A stretch of 63,661 bases of DNA, counting the filler, from Octopus bimaculoides (taxonomy: Eukaryota): NCBI RefSeq assembly GCF_001194135.2. It is 5 parts of 5 records of this genome, joined end to end, with 100 filler letters (N's around TTAATTAATTAA, not from the genome) between each part and the next. Parts side by side here need not be neighbours in the genome. Positions count along the whole stretch, not along the records: positions 44,462 to 59,455 come from NC_068989.1; positions 59,556 to 62,239 come from NC_068985.1; positions 62,340 to 63,661 come from NC_068982.1; 2 more parts are not named here. The stretch is one strand, 5' to 3'. This document shows, piece by piece, positions 50,879-63,661 of this stretch. Each line of letters starts with the position of its first letter. Position 1 is the first letter of the stretch. The position numbers were made by a program, and so were the translations under genes. The notes beneath the pieces were generated by a model. It had not been told where the DNA came from and made no database searches. It saw only the letters and a program-made list of their open reading frames with translations.

Positions 50879-51368
50879 TATTTATAAGGAGAAACTTCTT
50901 CCATCAGGACTGTGTTTGGAGTTTCTTCTTAAATACTTTTAAAGATATTTTTTTCAGTATGACCGTTTGTGTGCGTCCCCTCGCTTTTGTGTCAGAGAAA
51001 GCTTTTTAGACGAATGAATATACACATAACAGAAGACATGTTTACGTGTGAAACTATGGTTATGCCTGTCGTTATGTGCGCATACGATTATGTGTGCATG
51101 TGTGCGGACGTGCTTGTTTGAGTTTTCCTCTGTGTGCGTGCGTGTGTGTGTGTGTGTGTGTATGTGTGGTTTGTATGTCTCTATGTATGTGAATACTTGA
51201 TAGGTAAGGTCGTCACCAAAGAAGAAAAAGAGAACAAGGAGGCAAGAAATAAAAGACTTTAAAAACTTAAGATGTAAGAGAAACGACGTAAACAGTGATA
51301 TAAGAACAAAAAAAAGAAGGATGTAGAGCGAAACAGTTTTCAACATGGAGTTTCGTGTGTGTGTGTGT

Positions 51369-51411
<43 letters not shown>

Positions 51412-51914
51412 AGAATGAGATAGGGAAAGAAAGAGAGAAGAGATTGAAAGAAGACCGTGACAATCAGATGGTTCTGAAAAATGGTACAATTTTCTGTGTT
51501 GAAAACGGTAAGAACGCAGAATTCTAGAGAAAAAAGGCTTATTATTGTCCATAATGTGGTTAAAACAGCGTGAATTAATCTTGGTGTGGTGAAAGTAGGT
51601 GGTACTTAAGGACATTCTTGACCTCGATACTTGTAAAAGTTCTAAGGCNNNNNNNNNNNNNNNNNNNNNNNNNNNNNNNNNNNNNNNNNNNNNNNNNNNN
51701 NNNNNNNNNNNNNNNNNNNNNNNNNNNNNNNNNNNNNNNNNNNNNNNNNNNNNNNNNNNNNNNNNNNNNNNNNNNNNNNNNNNNNNNNNNNNNNNNNNNN
51801 NNNNNNNNNNNNNNNNNNNNNNNNNNNNNNNNTTAACAACAACAACAACAACAACAACAACGATTTAAGAATGAAGTGTAGCAAAAGAGAACAATGACAG
51901 AAATATTCTGTTTG

Positions 51915-51967
<53 letters not shown>

Positions 51968-52219
51968 ATGTATGTATATATATATGTATGCATGTATGTA
52001 CATATGTATATATATATATGTATGTATGCATGTATGTATATATGTGTGTGTATGTGTGTGTGTATGTGTGTGTGTGCGCGCGTATGTATACGTGTACGCA
52101 CATTTGTTTGTCACAGTAGACTTTGTCGTTTAATATTACAAGAGTTCCTTAATTGTTCTCTTATTCTTGTTTCGTTTCTACTCTTTGCTTCTTTTCCATT
52201 TTTAAAACTTATTATTATT

Positions 52220-52257
<38 letters not shown>

Positions 52258-52519
52258 GTTCGTTGATGATACTGTTGCTTTTTTTCTTTTTAATTTGATG
52301 CATGCTTGACTTCTTAGAATGTGTTCCAGCCACACAAACGGTTGCATTGAACCAACAAAACACACACACCCAAAAGGAAACAAAAGAACACACACAAATA
52401 CACAAGCGATTCTAAGTGTAGCTTTGAATGGATAATTGTATTAGTGGCAATAATAATGATAATGATAATAATGATAACAACAACAACAACAACAACAACA
52501 GCAACAACACTACAATAAT

Positions 52520-52975
52520 AGATGGGCTACAGCAAATATTCTGCTCAATGCTACAGATTTGCTTGTCAGTTGTTTGACCTTAACCAGTTGAGCATGTCCT
52601 TCAGTGATTGACATCTCTGATCATGAGCAGAAGTAGTGGAGGAGCACCATAGCCATGTGTTGAGAGGAATTCTTTGGGGCTTCAGTAATTCACCTCTGGA
52701 ATCATGGGTGTTTCATTCAACATCCTTAAACAATCTTTAATCATGAACCTTTTGAGCAGGATGGTCTACTCGATATGAAGAAAATTTCAACTGGTCCCCA
52801 ACTGCAAAGCCATGCGCTGTTTATCTTGATATAAGGTCACCACGTCGTGCACATATGGTTGTGAGGCATGTGCCTGGTGTACCCTTATCAGACGGGTAGT
52901 CATGATGGGTATAATGGGCTTCGTATATTTGTACCCCAATGTCACTTTGATGGCACGCGCTGCTCTCCCATTTAA
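52520..52975. mobile_element. Probable interspersed repeat
   Basis: Resembles a common octopus repeat from recall and is bounded by trinucleotide microsatellites; no second copy in the window. Confidence 0.3.
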
Positions 52976-53004
52976 TAACAACAATAACAAGAACAACAAC
53001 AGCA

Positions 53005-53225
53005 ATTACAATAAAAATTTCAAATTTTGGTACAAGGCTAGCAATTCCGGGGCGGGGCAATTTAGTTACATCGACATAGTTGCTCCACAGGTACTTATTT
53101 TATCAAAAGGATGAAACGCAATGTCGACCTCGGTGGAATTTGAACTCCGAGCGTAAAGACGGACGAAATGCCGTTAAACATTTTGCCCAGCATGCTAACA
53201 ATTCTGCCAGCTGGTTGCTTTATAA
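53005..53225 (-). mobile_element. SINE family C copy
   Basis: caaattttggtacaaggctagcaatt...gtcgacctcggtggaatttgaactccgagcgtaaagacggacgaaatg...aattctgccagct. Confidence 0.75.
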
Positions 53226-53228
53226 TAA

Positions 53229-53293
<65 letters not shown>

Positions 53294-53579
53294 AACATTT
53301 ACTCCAGATACGATGGAGGACGTTTTAATCCACTTCGGCAGACTTAAATCTGGACGTTATACATCTACAAACATAATCTGTGAACTGAAATATACTGACA
53401 ACACTGTCCTCTCTTGAAATTCAATCAACCGTCCACCTTCGATGCTTTTGTTCCTGTTTTTCGTGATATTGACTTCACTGCCAGTATACCTAAGGCGAAG
53501 ACTTGTGTAATATCCCCTCGGAGAGGAAAGAAATCTTCTCCAAGTTTTTTTTTAAATTTAGTTAGTTTGGCCATCCTCC

Positions 53580-54140
53580 CGGGCGCTTCAATGATTTCAC
53601 GCGAGCATGCCATCCATCACGGTCCCCTTTGCATGTTCTTGATTCGTCAACATTTGCCATTCCTCTGTCCTGAAGCAAGCTATCCACATAGCTTAGATGT
53701 TTTCTTCCTCTGTTGATTCTTCATTCATTTACTACCATAAGACCAGTTGACTCATAGGTTCTTCTGAGTGTCTGATGTAATGACCAGCAATTCTCATTCT
53801 TCTCTGCTGAATCTTCTCAGTCGCTTTGTTAAGATCTTGAGTATATCCTCTTCAAACTGCTATCAATGGGAAAATTGTCAAGGAAGCTTCCCTTTTATCT
53901 AATCAGCAACATCTTGTCCAATACCTGCACACACAAAAATTGCCTCACCAGCCGACTGCGAACAGCCCACAAAGTTTTGTGTATCTTTAACACCGTGTAT
54001 TTCACAACTGTAACAGAGGCTCAATGCAAAAATTTCATCGTATCAAGTCATTTTGCTCTTTATGAAGATTTCTATGACAGCAAGACTTTGACAGAATTTC
54101 AACCTGAAATACGTCAACTTCAGAGATTTCCTTAAACAAC
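53580..54140 (-). mobile_element. RTE-type LINE 3' fragment, decayed
   Basis: RLRRF...(AGHC-like)...W...G.R........L..SG...K..M.RG.W C-terminal pattern across stops. Confidence 0.4.
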
Positions 54141-54747
54141 TTTGCAATCGGCTGTGAGCGCCAAATGAGATAACGATGTTATAAGCAATGATATACTGGA
54201 AAAAGAAAACCCATGGGAATCCAAGACATCACTGAGAAATATCAAGGTCGATGATTAGAACATGTAAAAAATGAGGCCCGAAGGCAAAATGTTCTAATTG
54301 ATCATGCGTTTTGAACTTACAAGCCACCACCCATAGGATGCCCTTACCAAACGCCTTTGTAATTCCGTCAAGAGCATGCCCTTATTCAACCTCCAGACTA
54401 ATAATTGGAAGAATGTAGCCGAAAGTCTAAGAACTGGAAGCCTGCCCGAGGAGAAAAAGTTGTAGGTGCGGATTAGATTTTACATCAATACATTGAAGGA
54501 AAATGTCTCGAAAGAAATGAGAGCTTAACAACAGCTTCAGGGAATAGGATCGTCTCACAGCAATTTTTGTGCCTATTTTGTGGCTAACGATTCATCTCTG
54601 ATATCAGATGTTACAATCCTGAAAATGGTAACAAGAATAACCTCGATAAAGGAACCTCGAAATTTTTCTCAAAAACTTAAAATACAGAGACAGAAAGAGA
54701 GAGAGAGAGAAGGAGAGAGACAGAGAGAGAGAGAGAGNNNNNNNNNN

Positions 54748-54812
<65 letters not shown>

Positions 54813-54867
54813 GGGAAGAAAGAAAGAAAGAAAGGGGAAGAAATAAAGAAAGAAAATGTCCGCATGA

Positions 54868-55235
54868 ATAGGAGTGGCTGTATGATAAGTAGCGTGCTTA
54901 CCAACCACATGGTTCCGGATTCAATCCCACCGCGTGACGACTTAGGTAAGTGTCTTCAACTATAGCCTCGGGCCATCCAAAGCCTTATGAGAGGATTTGA
55001 TAGATGGAAACTGAAAGAAGCTCGTCGTATAAATATGTGTGTGTGTGACAAATATGTGTGTGACAAATATGTGTGTTTACGTCCCCGTAAACTAGCGGTT
55101 CGGCAAAAGAAACTGATAGAATAAGTACCAGGCTTACAAAGAATAAGTCCTGGGGTTGATTTGTTCGACTATAGGCGAGGCGGTGCTCCGGCATGGCCGC
55201 AGTCAAATGACTGAAACAAGTTAAAAGAATGAAAT
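54868..55235 (+). mobile_element. SINE family A, full copy
   Basis: ataggagtggctgt...ccaaccacatggttccgg...ggcggtgctccggcatggccgcagtcaaatgactgaaacaag. Confidence 0.8.
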
Positions 55236-55254
55236 AATGAATAAATACTACTGC

Positions 55255-56340
55255 TGTAAAACGCCCACTACAATAACTGTCAAAATAGTGATCAGGTATA
55301 TAATTAGTGTAGTGATAATTACCACATCAGTTAGTACCACAACAATAATTACTAAACCATTATCACAACAATAACTAGCACAGCTATAACTGCTACAACT
55401 ATAATTAAAATAGCTTTAATTACCACAACTCTAATTACCTCAGTTTTAATTAAAACATATATTATTACTACAGTTGTAATTACCACATCTATAATTTCGA
55501 CAGTTATAATTAATGCAGCTGTAATTGACACGGCTTTAATTAACTACTGTCTCGAGTCGTATGACTCATAGGACCATTTACCCGCTTTCAAAGGTGTTTA
55601 AGTGACCGAGATTACAGTTTTCGTTGCAGGTCTACTCATTTACAGAAACAACGGGAAATGAAGTGTTTTGCTCAAGAATACAACGCACCGCCTGGTTCAA
55701 GAATCGAAACAAGAATATTGCAATCGTGGGTGCAGCATCCTTACCGTTAGGCCGCGTACCCTTCACACAGCTATAATTAACTCAACACAATAACCATATT
55801 ATAATTACCACAAGTATAACTACCACACTGTATTTACCACAACAATAATTACTACAGATATAATTAACAGTTATAATTACCAAGCTTTAATTACCAAAAT
55901 TATAAATTACCACACCTATAATTACTGCAGCAATAATTAATAATTAGCAAGGCTTTAATTACCATACCTATAACTTTCTCAACAATAACTACCTTAGCTT
56001 ATATATATATATATATATATATATATACTAGTTATAGTTAACACAGCTTTAATTGTCAGAGCAATAACTAACAGAGATTTTAATTACTACAGTTTTAATT
56101 ATTTCAGCTATAACTCACAAAGAAATAATTAATACAGCAAAAATTAACACAGCTTTAAATAGTTCACATTAATTACCTGAGCAATAATTTCCACATCTAT
56201 AATTACCAGAGCAATAATTAACACACCGTTAATTAACTTAGCATTAATAATACTGATGTTAATCACTACAATCTCTAATTACCACTGTTATAATTAACAC
56301 AACTTTAATTACCTCAGTTTAATTACTTCGTCTATGATTC
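55255..56340. repeat. Degenerate ~15-bp minisatellite (consensus ~TAATTACCACAGCTA), split by a SINE
   Basis: Periodic aattaccacaactct/aattacctcagtttt/aattaccacatctat units at 55255-55545 and 55766-56340. Confidence 0.75.
55548..55765 (-). mobile_element. tRNA-derived SINE (family D) inserted in the minisatellite
   Basis: gaagtgttttgctcaagaatacaacgc..aatcgaaac..gcagcatccttaccgttaggcc is the reverse complement of a family D head. Confidence 0.6.
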
Positions 56341-56492
56341 ATGATCATCAGTCCCTGATGATTCCTAACTCGAGTCCTAGGACTCATAAAGTTTATTACC
56401 GGATTTCCTTAGCGTGAAATGACGGAAATCACAACGTTGGCCCTGAATGAGACGCCAGTCCCTCCCAATTTTCTATAATTACTACAGTTAAT

Positions 56493-57185
56493 AAGGCAGC
56501 GAACTGGCAAAATTGTTTGCACGACGGGCAAAATGCTTAGCAGCATTTCGTCCGTCTTTAAGATTTGAGTTCAAATTTCCCCGAAGTCGACTTTACTCTT
56601 CCTCATTCATGGGTCGATAAATCAAGAACCAGCTGATCACTGGAGTCAGTGTAATCGACTTAGCTCATCCCTGGAAATTGCTGGCCTTGTGTCAAATATT
56701 GAAATCATTATTATTACTGTTAACAAGACAACAAGCTGGAAGAATCGTTAGCACACCGGACAAAATGCTTAGCGACATTTCGTCCGTCTTTACATTCTAA
56801 GTCCAAATTCTGCCGAGATCGACTTTACCTTTCATCCTTTCGAGGTCGATAAAATAAATACCAGTTAAACACTGGGGTTCATGTATTTGACTAGTCTCCT
56901 CTCCCAAAATTTCAGGCCTTGTGCCTATAGTAGAAAGGATTATTATTATTGTTACTATTGATATAGCGTCGAGCTGGCAGAACCGTTAGCATGCCGGGCA
57001 AAATGCTTAGTGGCATTTCGTCTGTCTTTATGTCCTGAGTTCAATTCTCACCGAGGTCGACTTTGCCTTTCATCCCTTTAGGTCGATAAAATAAGTACAA
57101 GTTGAGCACTAGGATCGATTAATCGACTTACACCCTCTTGCGAACTTGCTGGCCTTGTGCCAAAATTTTAAACCAATAATTACTG
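56493..57185 (+). mobile_element. Three head-to-tail SINE family C copies
   Basis: Units at ~56493-56720, 56724-56955 and 56963-57185, each gctggcagaa..ttagc...gagttcaa...gtcgact...gtcgataa...ggccttgtg, with ATT-rich tails. Confidence 0.8.
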
Positions 57186-57417
57186 TTTAATCAATAGCCA
57201 CTGCGATTTGAGCCTCAACATCGCCAATAACTATAAAAACATGAGCCAACGAATGAGCTACTACATAGTTGTTAAAAATGCTGGAAACTGCAGCCAGTTC
57301 TCCCTAAAATCACACCCTTCCGTCTTATATAAGAACAAAAGACAAGACATAATGTAATCTTGGATACCTCTAAACAGATGAGGGGTCTAGAAATAACCTT
57401 CGACCATAGGCCTGCTC

Positions 57418-57620
57418 GATAATTGTCGGCGCCCTGGAAAGAGTGAGTAAAAATCTTGAAAAGTACATGGAATAAATAGGGGCTGCAATAAGGGTGGAGG
57501 ACTTGCAGAAAATAGCACTGCTTGGAACCGCTCGAATACTGCGGATGGTAGTGAACCGCTGGCACCGAAGCACATCTCCAGCGTTAGTAGCTGTGCAAAG
57601 ACAATAAATAATAATAATTA
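57418..57620 (+). mobile_element. R4/Dong-clade LINE 3' end
   Basis: IIVGALERVSKNLEKYME*IGAAIRVEDLQKIALLGTARILR, the typical C-terminus of RLE-type R4/Rex6/Dong ORFs; ends in (TAA)n. Confidence 0.65.
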
Positions 57621-57624
57621 TAAT

Positions 57625-57785
57625 CCTTTCTATTGTAGGCACAAAGCCTGAAATTTTGGACGATTACATCGACGCTATGGCGTAACTGGTACTTATTTTA
57701 TTGACATCGAAAGGATGAAAGGCAAAGTCGACCTCGGTGGCATTTGAACTCAGAACGTAAGGACGAACGAAATGCTGCTTAAACA
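57625..57785 (-). mobile_element. SINE family C copy
   Basis: tcctttctattgtaggcacaaagcctgaaatttt...aaaggatgaaaggcaaagtcgacctcggtggcatttgaactcagaacgtaa. Confidence 0.75.
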
Positions 57786-58319
57786 GAAGAAGAAGAAGAG
57801 GAAGAAGAAGAGTTTCTAATCTTTGTCACAAGGGGTCAGAAATTTTGATAGATGGTTACAAATCAATTACATTGACCACAGTTCTTGGTTTGGACTTAAT
57901 TTATCGAATCTGGAAGGATGAAAAACAAAAACAAATGAATAACACAATAAAAAAAGATCCAACAAAAAATGTTTCTTAGTAATGGGGAAAACCACGAAGT
58001 GTAATTCGTGGGAAAAAAAACCCTATGGAACTCTGAAAATACTCTGCCACATCCAAGTATCAAAAGTATCTTCTCTCTGTTTCTTTCCTACTTAGAAATG
58101 CCATTCAGCCTTGCAAGTCTTGTGCCCCTCTCTCTTCCCGACCTTTCATAATACATACTAGGATGTAACACGCTCCTCTTTACCCTCACATCCGCATCAA
58201 GTGGTGCTTGAAATTTATAAGAGCTTGGCCAGCGAGGAAAATGTCTGCCTATGAAGCTTTCAGACGTGTCCAGAAACCCCTTTTTTCTTTCCCTTTATCA
58301 TTTTTTTTTTTTTTTTTGC

Positions 58320-58520
58320 ATAATTTCTAGGCTAGACTCTAGGCCCGAAATTTGGAGGAGGACCAGATTAAATTGATCCCGCTAGTTGATTTTACCGATC
58401 CCGAAACGGCGAAATGGTAAGCTGCTCTCGGCAAGGTTTGAACTCAGAGCGTAAATAGCCGTAAATAAATGCTACAATGCATTTTTGTCCGACGCTCTAA
58501 CAATTCTTCCAATCCACTCC
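58320..58520 (-). mobile_element. SINE family C copy, degenerate
   Basis: aggcccgaaatttgg..ccgatcccgaaac..ggtttgaactcagagcgtaa..gtccgacgctctaac. Confidence 0.5.
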
Positions 58521-59029
58521 ATGCTTTCTATTTTTGGCGGAGATAACAATTGATTATTTTGACACCAGTATTTGACTTGCAACTAACTAATGCATATGGA
58601 CAACCCACTAAAGTTTGTTTCACTTTATATTATAGTCTTGTTATAATTTCCGGCAGAAAGCTGCTGGTTAATGCGCTCTGGTTGAAATATAAATAAGACG
58701 AAGATAGGTTATAGACCGAAACATAACACTTTTTTAATGAAATGACGACAATATTACAAAAAGCGGACGAAATGTATAAATATTTGGGTGTGTTAACGGA
58801 TGATGGTATGAAATCAGAATGTAATAAATATCATTAAAGTCACCAACAACACGTAGTGTCAATATTGAGATATACTCCGGCCTTGTGTCAAAATTTGAAA
58901 CCAATATTGAGATACACTGCTGCCTTCATCGAGTGATGATGGTGATAATGGTGATATAAATTATTCGGTTAAAAGAATATTACTTTCCACTAAACTACAG
59001 GATGTTGTAATATACAGCTGGTTACAATG

Positions 59030-59290
59030 CGCCTCCTCGCAATGTTGCCGCTTTCGAATGAGGCCACATCCCAGGCTAGGCTTGGCGGGTATGCAGGCAG
59101 GCAAACCGTTCCTCTAGAACGGAATGCCAGTCTGTAGCAAGCTTAACCATTTGCAGCTGAATGGACTGAGCAACGTGAAACGAAGTGTTTTACTCAATAT
59201 CACAACGTGCGGCCGCTCTGGGAATGGAACGCACAACCTTGCGAACATAAGGGCAGCACCCTAACCACTTGATCATGAGCCTTCATAATG
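59030..59290 (-). mobile_element. tRNA-derived SINE (family D)
   Basis: ttgcagctga.tggactgagcaacgtgaaacgaagtgttttactcaa...gcagcaccctaaccactt. Confidence 0.6.
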
Positions 59291-59309
59291 TGTGTGTGTG
59301 TGTGTGTGT

Positions 59310-59455
59310 GCATCCTTTATCTTTTACTTGTTTCAGTCATTAGATTGTGGCCATGCTGGAGCACTACCATGAATTTTTTACTCGAATGAATCGACCCTAG
59401 TACTTCTTTTTAAATACTTCTCGTATTTATTCTATCGAAATATTTTTGCCGAAGC
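59310..59455 (-). mobile_element. SINE family A 3' end, truncated by a gap
   Basis: tcttttacttgtttcagtcattagattgtggccatgctggagcact. Confidence 0.65.
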
Positions 59456-59820
59456 NNNNNNNNNNNNNNNNNNNNNNNNNNNNNNNNNNNNNNNNNNNNT
59501 TAATTAATTAANNNNNNNNNNNNNNNNNNNNNNNNNNNNNNNNNNNNNNNNNNNNATATATATATATATAGTGATTGGAAATAACTATTCAAGCTGACGT
59601 GTACATTGTACATGTATGTTGTACATTAAGTTTATGTGTGGAACAGTATCTGTCAACAATCTTGAGATCAGCAAACATAATAGCCTTGGTAGTTTCCTAT
59701 CAATAATGCAATATAATTATAGAAAATGAAGTACCCAACATTAGGCATTTCACAGTTAATATCGAAAATCTGAGGAGGATGCGCCACTGTTAGTTAGAAA
59801 TGCCAATTTCAGAACACTGT

Positions 59821-59850
59821 ATGGGACTATGTCTGCAGAGTTTAGCTAAG
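59821..59850 (+). CDS. Possible first coding segment of a downstream gene (MGLCLQSLAK)
   Basis: ATG frame ends exactly at a consensus donor AAG|GTAAGC; possible acceptor catttcacag at ~59755; no downstream exon identified. Confidence 0.2.
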
Positions 59851-61733
59851 GTAAGCGTTTTCGTCTCGTAAAGAAGTCTATGACTGAGGTGAAGTCTATG
59901 GATAGATTAAGAACCCGATATACAAAGATCCATTAAGTCACTCAGCAAACTTGAAATAGCTACTTTAATGTGACTTGAGTATGGGGAGTAGAGTCACGGA
60001 TGGAGAATTACCAACTCTTTGATCATTATGTAGTGGTGCCTCAATTTCACAATTCTAAATGCACGCTTAAAATAAATACGGAAAACTCCACAGAGGATAT
60101 ATTTGGGTGTAATATATGGTGACCCGTGTAATTACAAATATATATGCATACAAAATACAAAATAGCTGATAGTTAGCAAGGTTGGACACACATAAGAAAG
60201 AAGAAAGCAAAGGACCACTGTTGAGGTCACAGAAGTGTAACGAAAGAACTCTGGCCGAAATAGGATTAATGTAATGTAATGTAATATAAAGCTGAAGCAA
60301 ATTAATACCAAGTATACAGTGCGTGTGTTTTTATTGGCTAAACTGGCAATATGACCATCCCCAAGTACAACAACATATGCATATATATATNNNNNNNNNN
60401 NNNNNNNNNNNNNNNNNNNNNNNNNNNNNNNNNNNNNNNNNNNNNNNNNNNNNNNNNNNNNNNNNNNNNNNNNNNNNNNNNNNNNNNNNNNNNNNNNNNN
60501 NNNNNNNNNNNNNNNNNNNNNNNNNNNNNNNNNNNNNNNNNNNNNNNNNNNNNNNNNNNNNNNNNNNNNNNNNNNNNNNNNNNNNNNNNNNNNNNNNNNN
60601 NNNNNNNNNNNNNNNNNNNNNNNNNNNNNNNNNNNNNNNNNNNNNNNNNNNNNNNNNNNNNNNNNNNNNNNNNNNNNNNNNNNNNNNNNNNNNNNNNNNN
60701 NNNNNNNNNNNNNNNNNNNNNNNNNNNNNNNNNNNNNNNNNNNNNNNNNNNNNNNNNNNNNNNNNNNNNNNNNNNNNNNNNNNNNNNNNNNNNNNNNNNN
60801 NNNNNNNNNNNNNNNNNNNNNNNNNNNNNNNNNNNNNNNNNNNNNNNNNNNNNNNNNNNNNNNNNNNNNNNNNNNNNNNNNNNNNNNNNNNNNNNNNNNN
60901 NNNNNNNNNNNNNNNNNNNNAAATGTCTACTGTGTATTCTTCATAGAAAGCTTAAACTATGATTCTGTGTATGTGTATGCGTGTGTATGTGTGTGTGCGT
61001 GTGTGTGTCGTTTGTGCGTGAGTGCGAGTGTGCGTGTATATAATTTCAATAATGAATAAATTCAGTGAATACACGAGTTTCACAAGTCCGCCTCTTCAAG
61101 CAACAGATGATAACTTTGTGTGGATCACATTCATAGCAAAAGGTTCACTGGAAAGCAGATAAACTCTATAGCCAAGCAGGGTAGCGAATGCTGTTCTCTC
61201 ACAATGAAACTGAGCAGCATAAAATAAATTTATAAATAAATACACAAATACATGAGTCAAATGTAAAGACAAGTGTATGAATGGATATAATGCAATATAT
61301 AAATAAAACTAAAATAATTTGATGGATGTTAATAAGAGTAGAAGTGTTTAGTTAAAGAGTTGCAGTCGCGATTCTAATAAATTTAATAAAATCAGCATAT
61401 GGGATACATAACAATTGCAGGTATTTTAAAATTCCAATATATTCCACATAAGGGTGTGGAAGAGCTAGTGGTGCAAAGTAATAGTGAGATGTACTCCCAG
61501 ATAATCTATTGTTTAAATGGAGTATAGCTGTCAACGAAATAAGTAATAAATTATAGACGGTTGAATAACTTGGCTCCTATTGTGGAAATAGAATTCTGAA
61601 TGATAAATGTTATATATCGGTGAAGAAAGATATATGCACACATATACAGTGACCCAAACGATTGTCTGCACATTCACACAATCATGCAGATACACATAAA
61701 TATTACATACAAATAAAGACAGGCACACACTGA

Positions 61734-61764
<31 letters not shown>

Positions 61765-62409
61765 TGGCACACATGGACACACGTATATGCACTTAGATGT
61801 GTTTGTGTGTGTATCTATTATCACATACCTCTACTTAGACACATATAAGTATATTCACGCACGTACATGGTTAAATTCTATAAATGCATATGTACCTGCA
61901 TTTCTACTTAAATCTATATTATATGCTTTTATATGTGCACACACACACACACATACACGCACATATGCAAAGAAATGGATATATTTATAAATGTGCGCGT
62001 ACTTACACATTTATATGAAAAGGAACACAACCATATATTGGTGCGTGTGTGTGTGTGTGTGTGTGTATATATATTTAGGTATATATATGTATATATATGT
62101 ATATATATATATATATATGTATATACATATATGCATATATATATGCCTATATACATATATATATATATATATATACATATATACATATCCATATATACAC
62201 ATAAATGCAAATATATATATATATACATACATATATATGNNNNNNNNNNNNNNNNNNNNNNNNNNNNNNNNNNNNNNNNNNNNTTAATTAATTAANNNNN
62301 NNNNNNNNNNNNNNNNNNNNNNNNNNNNNNNNNNNNNNNCCATAGCCTAAAACGTGGGATTCCGTAAAAAAAAAAAATAATAAATAAGGGGGGAAAGGTT
62401 CAGATTATT

Positions 62410-62496
62410 TAGGGGGTGCAAATTTTGATCTTGCACCCCCTGAAAATTCTAGGGGGTGCGGGTGCACCCGCTGCACCCCCTGTTCCCGGGCCCTTG
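62410..62496. mobile_element. End of a GC-rich DNA-transposon or MITE (hAT-like) with nested gggggtgc/gcaccccc hairpins
   Basis: agggggtgcaaattttgatcttgcaccccct and agggggtgcgggtgcacccgctgcaccccct are local palindromes, ending cccgggcccttg. Confidence 0.4.
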
Positions 62497-63354
62497 GAAG
62501 TGGACACAATTATATTAATTCTAAAACCTAACAAAATCTTAACTCAATAGCATTCTCACAAACCCATCCTCTGCCTTTTTGAAGATTTCAAAAATTTGAG
62601 AAAGACTCATTCTTAACATAATCAACCCACAAATTCCTCCTCACCATTTACTAGTGGGACCAGTGTAAAGTTTACAGAATGAAAAAAATTAAAAGCACCT
62701 ATTTAAGAAAGAAAGGATGATTTGCATTTTTATAGCATTTTTAGTTTAGCTTTCTTTAAATATACTTGACGTTTGTCTACATTAATTTCCTCACATCTCC
62801 GTCAGTGTTGTCTTTCTCTTTGTTTTATTATCTTCTTGCTGTTCCTCTCTGATCTGTGCTTCATATATGCACATCCTTTCCCAGGCAGTGTACAACTGTG
62901 TTTCTTGTGATTCTATAATTTAGGCTAAATTAATCTTTATAAACAAATATAAATTTTTTAAGTGAGCAGATGATAAATAATACCACTTATGCAAATGCGT
63001 TAAGTAATGGTTGCTATAACTGCCTCTCCTATCCATCTCTATCTACCTTTCTTTAACCTCATCATTATCTGCTAAATATTGTATCCTAAACATATCTCTT
63101 TATCTCTTCACCTTTCCTTTCTACTAACTTTTTAACCATGTAATAAGTATTCCTTTCCCAACCCACTGCATGTCATTAACACTTCTCTTCCCCCTTTTTC
63201 TCTCATTCTTAGCCTCTACCTTCAGCTGACCATGTAACACATTTGGCCTAAGTATACTAATATTTCTCTACTTCTTCCTCTCTTCTTTCTTCACTTCTCC
63301 CTCACCCCTCTCTCACTAAAGTATAACAGGTGAACAAACAAGCAGATTATTATA

Positions 63355-63661
63355 TCTATATATATAAAAATGAGAATGTGTGTCTGTCTGTCTGTCTGTC
63401 TGTCTGTGTGAATCCCTAAAACTCGAGAACTACGCAACCAATTTCATTCAAATTTTACACATGCCTTACTTAGGGTTCCAGTTGTGTTTTAGTCAAAAAA
63501 AAATGTTTAACTTCTTGCAGAGTTCGAGCACACGGCAACATAATATTTCTTCCACTATTTAAGTATTGTGTCAAAAGTGAAACAAAAACACTCATGTCAA
63601 ATACTTTCACTTTAAAAATGAAACTATTCCACTAACTGAAACAATCACATTTCGATACTGT
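63355..63661 (+). mobile_element. Helitron-like non-autonomous element, 5' end (runs off the window)
   Basis: A|TCTATATATATAAAAATGAGAATG followed by (GTCT)n and aatttcattcaaattttacac, a layout typical of Lep1/DINE-like elements. Confidence 0.45.

Noticed and set aside
56493-57185. CRISPR-like repeat array
   Set aside because: The units are ~230-bp diverged SINEs without unique spacers, in eukaryotic DNA with no cas genes.

Overview
AT-rich, microsatellite- and SINE-saturated eukaryotic DNA from a gapped draft assembly. The repeat content looks like Octopus (cephalopod); this is inferred from recall of repeat families, not checked against a database. There is no prokaryotic content, CRISPR array, rRNA or convincing tRNA gene. 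The main result is a four-coding-exon + strand gene that the ORF track shows only in pieces: join(2279..2374,3744..3909,5934..6047,8618..9381), 379 aa. It encodes a MAVS/RIG-I-type CARD, a death domain, an acidic disordered linker and a C-terminal tail anchor, the architecture of an invertebrate MAVS-like antiviral adaptor. Its putative leader exon carries uORFs, and an inverted SINE pair lies downstream of the stop. An intact, intronless FAM177A1-family ORF (25341..25790) appears nested antisense in an intron of a candidate minus-strand gene built from very small exons (about 84 aa, no recognised family, moderate to low confidence). The rest is transposon debris: a full-length dead Tc1 (DD34E), mariner-like, hAT and palindromic MITEs, Penelope, RTE, CR1 and R4/Dong LINE fragments, and several SINE families. 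There is also a near-perfect ~190-bp inverted duplication and a 15-bp minisatellite. Most listed ORFs are microsatellite or N-gap artefacts. Repeat boundaries are approximate.
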